NCBI GenBank assembly: GCA_012295275.1
Contig: CM022675.1
Location: 15,128,001-15,192,000 of the forward strand
DNA length: 64,000 nt
Source of the DNA: Chrysomallon squamiferum
Lineage: Eukaryota > Animalia > Mollusca
Direction: 5' to 3'
Every line of letters begins with the position of its first letter. Position 1 is the stretch's first letter. Below the pieces are notes generated by a model, which was not told where the DNA came from, did no database searches, and was given only the letters and a program-made list of their open reading frames with translations. Of this stretch, positions 15,819 through 64,000 are shown piece by piece. The position numbers and the translations under genes were made by a program.

Positions 15819-15955
15819 CTGGTATAATGTAAAACCTGTTCTACATATTAATATTTCTTAATACTCTGGTATAAAATAAAACCTATTCTAAATATTAATA
15901 TTTCTTAATGCCCTGGTATAATCTAAAACCTATTATACACATTAATATTTCTTAC
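15819..15955. repeat. 47-bp tandem repeat x3 in probable hh 3'UTR
   Basis: Unit CTGGTATAATGTAAAACCTGTTCTACATATTAATATTTCTTAATACT starts at 15819, 15866 and 15913. Confidence 0.88.
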
Positions 15956-16162
15956 TGACTGGTCCTGTCTGGTACACTTGGTATTCTTGAAAGTCTTTAC
16001 AAGATAAATACATGTTTTCGATTAGTCTATTTTGCTTGTATATAGTTATTCCTTCGTTCTAGTTATAATAACGGATAGTTATGTTTCATGTTTTAATATT
16101 TATTTTCATTTCCTCCGATTTGAAGCGTACATAGGTAAAAGAATCCTGTGTTAACGCTTGTC

Positions 16163-16168
16163 AATAAA
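16163..16168 (+). terminator. Candidate hh polyadenylation signal
   Basis: AATAAA followed by U/GU-rich sequence just before repetitive DNA resumes; alternatives at 15683 and 15875. Confidence 0.35.
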
Positions 16169-16235
16169 GTCTTTGAAAATTAAAAATGTATTTGTAAACA
16201 AATTTGTCTTCATTTATATTTTTATCTCTTATTAT

Positions 16236-16241
<6 letters not shown>

Positions 16242-16321
<80 letters not shown>
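16242..16321. repeat. (CT)n microsatellite
   Basis: Perfect dinucleotide run. Confidence 0.95.
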
Positions 16322-16323
<2 letters not shown>

Positions 16324-16573
16324 GTGATTCACTGAGTGTACGTGTGAAAGTTTTAATTATTTACGTACTTACTTAAATGTTTACATAAATATCATAACAA
16401 CACAAACATTAACACTGGCTGGTTTCAAGTATATGAGGGGAAAACCCCACAAAAAACAACAACAACAACAAAAGCACATTCTGTTATCGTCAGAAGTAAA
16501 TTGAGTACCCTAAAACGGGATGAAATCACAATGCTGTCCAAGACTGAGTCTCCATATAGCATTCAATTTCCCT

Positions 16574-16610
<37 letters not shown>

Positions 16611-16749
16611 ACACACGCACACACATAGAGGGGCAAATCTATCATGAATCTGATCCAGGAGGGACCCCAGAATAGACTTTACATTACATTGCTTCCAAAC
16701 TTTAATCAAAATCTGACGCACGCACGCACGCACACACACACACACAGAG

Positions 16750-16957
16750 AGTAACGGATCTACATTCATGGGGCCCTAAAGCTTGAAATGTTATCGGAGG
16801 AGGTTATTTATTTTTATTTTATTTATTTATTTTTTGAAATAGTGTTCTGTAATGGAAGAAGTTAACAGTGTTACCCAGACCTTGTTCCCGACTCCGAAGG
16901 AAACCTCCTCCAGTAACATTTCAAGCTTTGGGGCTCCATGAATGTAGATCCGTTACT
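16750..16957. mobile_element. MITE-like element with ~56-bp terminal inverted repeats
   Basis: Left arm 16750-16805 (AGTAACGGATCTACATTCATGGGGCCCTAAAGCTTGAAATGTTATCGGAGGAGGTT) is the reverse complement of 16902-16957 with about 4 mismatches; non-coding ~96-bp interior; flanked by (CA)n on the left and (TG)n on the right. Confidence 0.65.
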
Positions 16958-17057
16958 GTGTGTTTATGTGTGTGTGTGTGCGTGTGTGTGTGTGTGAGTG
17001 TGTGTAAAATCTGTCTCTCACTTAAGCGTACATTTGTTCATACTATTTTTTCAATGT

Positions 17058-17115
<58 letters not shown>

Positions 17116-17167
17116 TATTTATTTTATTTTTTTATTATTATTTATTAATTAATTAATTAATTAATTA

Positions 17168-17209
<42 letters not shown>

Positions 17210-17329
17210 TTATTTTTATTTTTTATTTTTTTTATTGTTTTGAAAAACATTATCGACAGGTACATAACAAAATAAAGTAAATAAATGAATTAACATACAG
17301 GTAGATAAAAAAGCAAACAAGCAAACAAA

Positions 17330-22963
<5,634 letters not shown>

Positions 22964-23266
22964 GTAATTTGCCAGGTATCTACACTCATGACAAAATAAA
23001 TAACAACTTTTTATTTTAACTCTCCATTTGATGATTATCACAAGAAGAAGAAAAACAGCAACAGTAAATAATAGCAAATAAAAACAAAACTTAAAAAACA
23101 CAACAAGCAATTACATTTATTTTCTAAAATATTCTTATTCACATCGTTAACATTATGATATTTATCTTCAATATATTTAGCAAAATAATAAAAAAGAAAA
23201 ATTAAAAAAGAGCTACCTTAACAGTATCTCCAAAACAAAATATGTCCTGCAAAATAACACTTAAAA

Positions 23267-23327
<61 letters not shown>

Positions 23328-23850
23328 TATACATACATACATATATAATGTATTGATATTTTAAAGCTAACTGTTAAATAAATCGTATATCTTTTTCTTA
23401 TTTATTATTATTTACAAACAAAACCACTAATATGATATAGGAATTAATATTCAAAAGCATGGAATACTGTTTACATTAATGATATAAATAAGTAGTGAGA
23501 GAATGAACAAACCGAAGTTACACATATTTATTGATAGTTTAACAGTCAATGATTGTGACATGCATCGACAGGTAACAGTCAGTCATTTGTTATATATATA
23601 TATATATATATACTGATAAGTAATAATGATTTCTATAATATCACATATATGTTAGAGTCAGTGATTTCTTCACATATTAACAGCAAACAATCAATGATTT
23701 TATCATATATCGATAATCAACAGTCAGTGTTTTTTAATTTACAATTTGTATAAAATGTTTCGTATCTGAGAGAACATCAGTAAAAAATAGTTAACCGGAC
23801 ATCATGCGTGAATGGTAGTATACGTGAAACATCAAAGTTCAGTTACAGAT

Positions 23851-58072
<34,222 letters not shown>

Positions 58073-59022
58073 ACTCACCACACATATGAGTAAAGTGACT
58101 AAGAGTTTCACTTCACAATAACGGAATAATGATTTCGGAATAACAAACCAGAAACAATCTACACATTTTCTTCAAATCCTTTTCACTTTCTTTTAGAAAT
58201 TCTTGGACAACTGCGAAAGAAAGGATGATTTTTTTTGTTTAAACAGTAAACTAAGCTAACTATTTTCTGTGATTCACTCTGTGGTGTCTGCGACTTTTGG
58301 CAAGTAGCTCAGTTTTGTTCACTGGCTGTACTGCGCAATCGTACAACGTTAAAACAGGTACTAGCAGATAATAAATGAGGTATCAAATTTCCATTTATGC
58401 GAAACAAACGGGTACATGGATGGGCTTCTCAGTTTACAAAATCTGTTTAGTTACGTGATTAAATATTAAGTTACTCGATAATAATAGCAACTGGGTTCTT
58501 TGTAACTACATTTTTGTAATTCATATTGATGACAAGAACATATCTCTGTATTGAACCAAAACTGCCCAGAATAAAAGATTTAAAAAAATGTTTTATATGA
58601 GTTGCGAAATAAGCTTTTAGCGTTGAATAGTTGTTATTCACAAATTATAAAACGCTAACAGTACATTGGTCTACTGTGTATGCTGTATACATTAGCCTAA
58701 AGAACGACAGACTGAGCAGAAAATAGAATATTTATTAAAATGTATGGAAGGATTACAATTTGTTGAAGGATAGGTCATGACCCATCTTAACAAAACGTCA
58801 CGTGTTTCTTCGTGGAGTTAAGAAATACGACATACAGATAAACAGTTACCATGTACAGAATAAAAACTTAAGTCCGTCTATAATATGTAGATTTTAAATT
58901 GATTTTTGATATATATCTTCTTTATTTCTTTCCCTAGGTTAACAATCTCTGATGAAAGTAATACGTCACATTATATTCAAACTGAGCCTAAGCAAGCAAG
59001 TAACAACAACAACAACAGCATG

Positions 59023-59081
<59 letters not shown>

Positions 59082-59712
59082 CATCATCATAATCATAAAT
59101 CAATAAATTAACAAATAAAATATATATATTAATAAATCTTTATGTAAATAACAAAAACAACATATAGTATTTCTATAATAACAAAATAATAAAAAAGAAA
59201 TCGTTTTTTCTTAAAAGGAATTTACCAAGATGAGGTCATGGTAAAATTCTGGATTAAGAAGGAGTCTTTGTAATATATATTTTAATCATTTATTTTAATA
59301 AATACATGAACAGTTTCCTACATGACATTTAGAAAGTGTAATAATGTATTTCCTAATATAAAACTTTGCAAGTTGTTAAAACAGTTATGGTGAAATCTGT
59401 TTTAATTATTATTTGCACCCTATAATGTTAAATCAACATGGCGAAACAAATGTTTTTAATACAAAGATATTTATTGGTTGGATATAAACATATGAAAATG
59501 TTTTGACTGGAACTGAAGCTCGGAACAAAAGTATTGAATTTTCTGAATGATTTTACATCATCTATAATATTATTATGAGTTTTGTTAATTATAACAAGAA
59601 AGGTTTTATTGTTATACATTTTATTTGGAACAATTATATTCAGTAAATTTGTATCTAACAATGTACTAATATTAACAACGATGACAACATCATCAACAAC
59701 AACAACAACAAC

Positions 59713-59744
<32 letters not shown>

Positions 59745-60121
59745 CATTAGATGTATGTGTGATTAATACATTTCACTTTTTGTTAATGTATCACATTAAA
59801 ACAATTAGTGAGCTAATAAATATTTTGTTTCTTACCGTCAAAAGTAGTGTAATGAAACCGAGAGAGGCTGAAGAAAATGTTAGTATAATATTTCTCTGAA
59901 TTCAGTCTCTTTAATACTTTTCTATGAATGCTGGTGGTTGTGAAAAGTCACGGATGGTTTACTATTTCATCGGATTATACTGAAAAGCTCCATAGTTCGA
60001 TTTCATTCTGTAGGTTCAAGTAGGTCATTTCAGAAAATAACTTATAACGTTAAACAGGATGATAGGTGTAATCTGCAGATAAACGAAATGTAATGGATAT
60101 ATACCAGTCTACATAGGTATC

Positions 60122-60182
<61 letters not shown>

Positions 60183-60252
60183 GATAATGCTGCTGATGAT
60201 GATGTTGGCGATAGTGATTATCATTAAGCTTACGTGTATCTTCTTTATGACA

Positions 60253-60310
60253 ACTGGTATATACACTGGTATATACACTGGTATATACACTGATATATAC
60301 ACTGGTATAT
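60253..60310. repeat. 12-bp tandem repeat (ACTGGTATATAC), about 5 copies
   Basis: Directly visible. Confidence 0.88.
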
Positions 60311-60901
60311 TTTTGGAGGAGTACTGGCCGGTGCGAGCGGACAGATGTTACATCAAAAAGAGAAAACTCGAGATACACACACCTAAAAATATTTGAATTC
60401 ATCTTAAACATATTATAGCCTTTAGAAAAATAACTGGAGATTTTATACGTTTTCACAAAACTGGAAATACATTAATGTTTTCATTTTATTACAGCTGTCT
60501 GTTTGGATGAGGCTCATTATTAGGAGGCTCATTATTAGGAGTCAGTGAAATGGGAATCCTGGTTGTATTGAATACACTTCTCATCTCGTTACAGCTTCGT
60601 GCCGCACACAGGTGCACGGACCAGGAAGAAACCAGTTTGTACACGTATTATCAAACTACGTCAGCTTTCAACTGGTAGCAAAGAGGAAGTCATTTTTATG
60701 GATAATAAAGAAATAATCATGATATTTTCTAAAATTAACTATACTTAATATTATACACAAATTCAGAGTCATACGACTCACAAACACATGCATACACATC
60801 ACAAATGTATATAAATATATATATGTATACGTGTGTGTGTTTATGTGTGTGTGTGTGTGTATATGTATATATATATATACACACATACATACATATACAC
60901 A

Positions 60902-60938
<37 letters not shown>

Positions 60939-62055
60939 AATACTGGTGATGTTTGTGTGTATCTGTGTGTTTTAATTATAGACAGCAGGCCATGGTTTTT
61001 TATGCAGCTCGAAGCATTTGCAAATTATTGAGACCAGCGGAACTACAAAATACCAAAAAGTTTGATATTTTTTTATTGCCCTTGAGAAAACCCACGCTCT
61101 CAAACTTTAAATGAGAAAACAAAGTAACTTTCTGAATTCATATGAATCCCCAAAAGAACATTAATTTGACGATCTTCGATGGAATGTTCTAATTTAGTGG
61201 CAACCTTCTTGGTACAAACATACAATCAATTCAGTCACATATATTATATTTGTTTGTGTGTATTGTTATTTATGTTTTGGTATTTGTGAAACAATAATGA
61301 AAATTAGAGGTTTGTACTGAGGACCCAAAAATCAATGTACAGCATACATGTTCCTTTCACCAAAACAAGTCACAGTTTATTTCATTAAACGGTAAACGAT
61401 GACACTAAATAAACAGAAATATGAATTTTACTAAAATCAAGATGAAAACTGTTCACTTTGTTTGTCACTGTGAGACGGGAAGGAAGGGTTTCAAATGGAA
61501 GCTGTTAAAGTGAACGTCTCTTGATCGTTGACGTTCTGAGGTTGACTCACTACTGAGCTGCAGACACAAAACTCGCGATGTTCGTGGACGTGCTTGTTTA
61601 TGCTGCATATTAGATTGTTATGGAGAACGCTAAACCTCTGTCGTTCTCACAGTGTCAATAACACGAGTTCAGTATGTTATTGTAATAAATACAATTTTCA
61701 AGATATTGAAAACTTCACGATTACATAATCTTTGTCTTTGAATCAAGAATTAAAATAAAGCCAGGCAGTATCTTTATCTAAAATATTATTTCTCAACAAC
61801 ATAATATATGATAGAACGTAACCTGAATTAGTGTGCGTGCTTTTCGCATTGTGGTGTAATCTGATCTCACACCTGGTTTAGATCCACTGACCCGTTTGAT
61901 GTGAGCGGACTGACGATATTGAACGTTACTCATCTTTTGTGTCTTACACATTTTTTGTCAGGAGCCAGCACAGACTAAGATGTTCTTTAGTCAGTTCTAG
62001 CCTTTAAACTATTAAAATTAACATTTTTTCCCCGTTATTATTATAAATATAAATA

Positions 62056-62086
<31 letters not shown>

Positions 62087-62882
62087 GCGTAATTAAAAAA
62101 ATATATAAATAAATAAGGGCAAAAAACAAACAACAACAAAGAAACAAGACCAGTAATAACAGTTTGTGACGGGTTTTCGGGGAAGTGTTTTGTTCTTTTT
62201 ATATTTTTCTTTTAATTTAACTTGTGTGAATTTATATCTTTCTTTCTCTAATAAATGTTAATACTTAGAGATCATATTAAAAAATATAATTACTTGTTGG
62301 CACATTAATACAGAAACTGATTTATCTGATTTGAACCACAGCTCATATATAACAAAAACTTATTATTTTTTTGCTTGGTAGATAACAGTAGTTCTGTCAG
62401 GTTACGGCTGACTGGTTTCCCTTGTGTATTTTATTTTGTAAAAAAGCAACCCACCAAAGCATTATTTGGTTACTGTACTGTGCACGTTAGAACATTCCTA
62501 ACATTTTTGTTATTTTACGAAGCACGTTCGCCTTAATTTAACTATTTATTACAAAGACTGATATTGTAATTATTAATGTAGCAAACTACATTTTATATAT
62601 ATATATAGATAGATAGATAGATATAAAAAAAATTTTTTTTTTTTACAATAATTAGAAAAAACCCTGTAGTTTTAGATCCATATAACATTTCTTCATTTAG
62701 TTCCTTTTTTTTTTTTTTTTTTGGTTAACACTAACGAGCGCATGCGTAATCCGAACTGTTGAATTAGCATACACCTCAGTCATTATTAACTTTATACATA
62801 CATGCATAGAGTCCACGAAAACAGCCATTTTATAGAATTCACAACACCTTTTTTTATTATTTTTTATTATTAGTAATAATAA

Positions 62883-63018
62883 GTTGTAAGTAGTGGCTTT
62901 ATAAACATTTGTTGTAAGTGCTAATTTTATAAACATTTGTTAAGTAGTAGTTTTATAAACATCTGTTGTAAATGCTAGTTTTATAAACATTTGTTGTTAG
63001 TGTTAGTTTTATAAAATG
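62883..63018. repeat. ~28-bp tandem repeat, about 5 copies
   Basis: Degenerate unit GTTGTAAGTGCTAGTTTTATAAACATTT. Confidence 0.82.
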
Positions 63019-64000
63019 TTTTTCGTGAGAAGCTGATATTTTTTAAAACAAGATTTGAACATTTAAAAGAAAAAATATTTCAGAGCGCATTTCAAAGCAG
63101 AGTTGAACCTGCGTGATGCTGGACCGGGACAACGTGTGACTGACTACTTACTCAGGTCCGAACTTACTTAACACGTGCTTCACAACAGCTAGCTCTGATT
63201 AGCACGTTATTTTTTTCATTTCATTTCGTTACTTAACAGAAGTGATTAAAACATTACAAAAGAGCTTTATTAATATAATTTATCTACAGTTGTAGAAACA
63301 GACTAAATAATGTTTAATTTCGGTTTAGTAACAAAGTATGAGACGAAGATAACAAGTCATCCAGGATACAATGTAATGTATTTTGTTTCATGTCATTTCA
63401 AACAAACCAGAAGTAAAAATTAAAAAAAGTCAGAGATTGATTACAGAGAATTAATCAGTTCTTTCTTTTTTCAGCTTAAGCAAACCCGTCTTTTATGTTG
63501 TTTTGGCGGGTGTCTAGAATTCTTTAGATAATGGTGTTAATAAAGAAAAACAACAATGCAAAAAAATACGAATGTACCAGTAACAATAATATTATTTGTA
63601 GAAGAAAGTAAATAATCATATGACCGATGTTAGATAACTTGTTTAATAATAGACTGTGTGATTTTTGCTTTTTATAAAACAACTGTTCTAAATACAAGTT
63701 CACTAAGGATTATGTCTGAAGAGATTAACGTGTAAAACTGCACGAGTTTTGTTATAAAGAGACAATTTTTGGCGGTACAAGATACTGATCTGGTCAGAAA
63801 GAGACGCTGGCATTCCTTCACATCACTTGCTCTGATTATCACGTTCACGTTTCACTCATTTACTCACTCACCACAGATACATTATCTCTAGTAAAACAAA
63901 AATAATATACCACAAAGCAGCAGTTTCTCTTCAAACTGTGAAAATGACAATGTGGTAGCCCACTTATTTCATTGAAAGAAGAAGACCATGCCGATGATTA

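Noticed and set aside
63090-63170. tRNA or tRNA-derived SINE on the minus strand (B-box-like GGTTCAACTC)
   Set aside because: No convincing A box or cloverleaf; tRNAscan-SE or a repeat search would be needed.
58200-64000. Additional coding exons or a third gene
   Set aside because: Only low-complexity ORFs and no recognisable domains; probably the CHS promoter, possible non-coding exons and intergenic DNA.

Overview
AT-rich, microsatellite-dense animal genomic DNA, most likely lophotrochozoan/molluscan (inferred from a myosin-motor chitin synthase next to hedgehog). It holds two convergent intron-containing genes. (1) A complete 3-exon hedgehog gene on + (CDS 1788-2096, 10800-11061, 14294-14958; 411 aa). 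(2) A 31-coding-exon myosin-motor/chitin-synthase fusion on - (ATG 58072 to stop 23851; about 2364 aa when reconstructed by hand), with an ER/K single-alpha-helix segment right after the motor. About 13.7 kb of this gene appears twice (25044-38770 and 38994-52658) either side of a 200-N gap. The second contig starts with an Oxford Nanopore adapter remnant and frameshifts in the two copies are complementary, so the duplication is very probably an uncollapsed haplotype/contig overlap. Between the genes lie a 56-bp inverted-repeat element and a 5.6-kb array of a constant ~30-bp motif separated by variable (CA)n tracts. Two splice sites of the chitin synthase gene are themselves tandemly amplified: about 26 copies of the exon-2 donor and 3 copies of the exon-28 acceptor. 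The extra copies I read through lead to in-frame stops. Exon boundaries were read manually and have no transcript support here.
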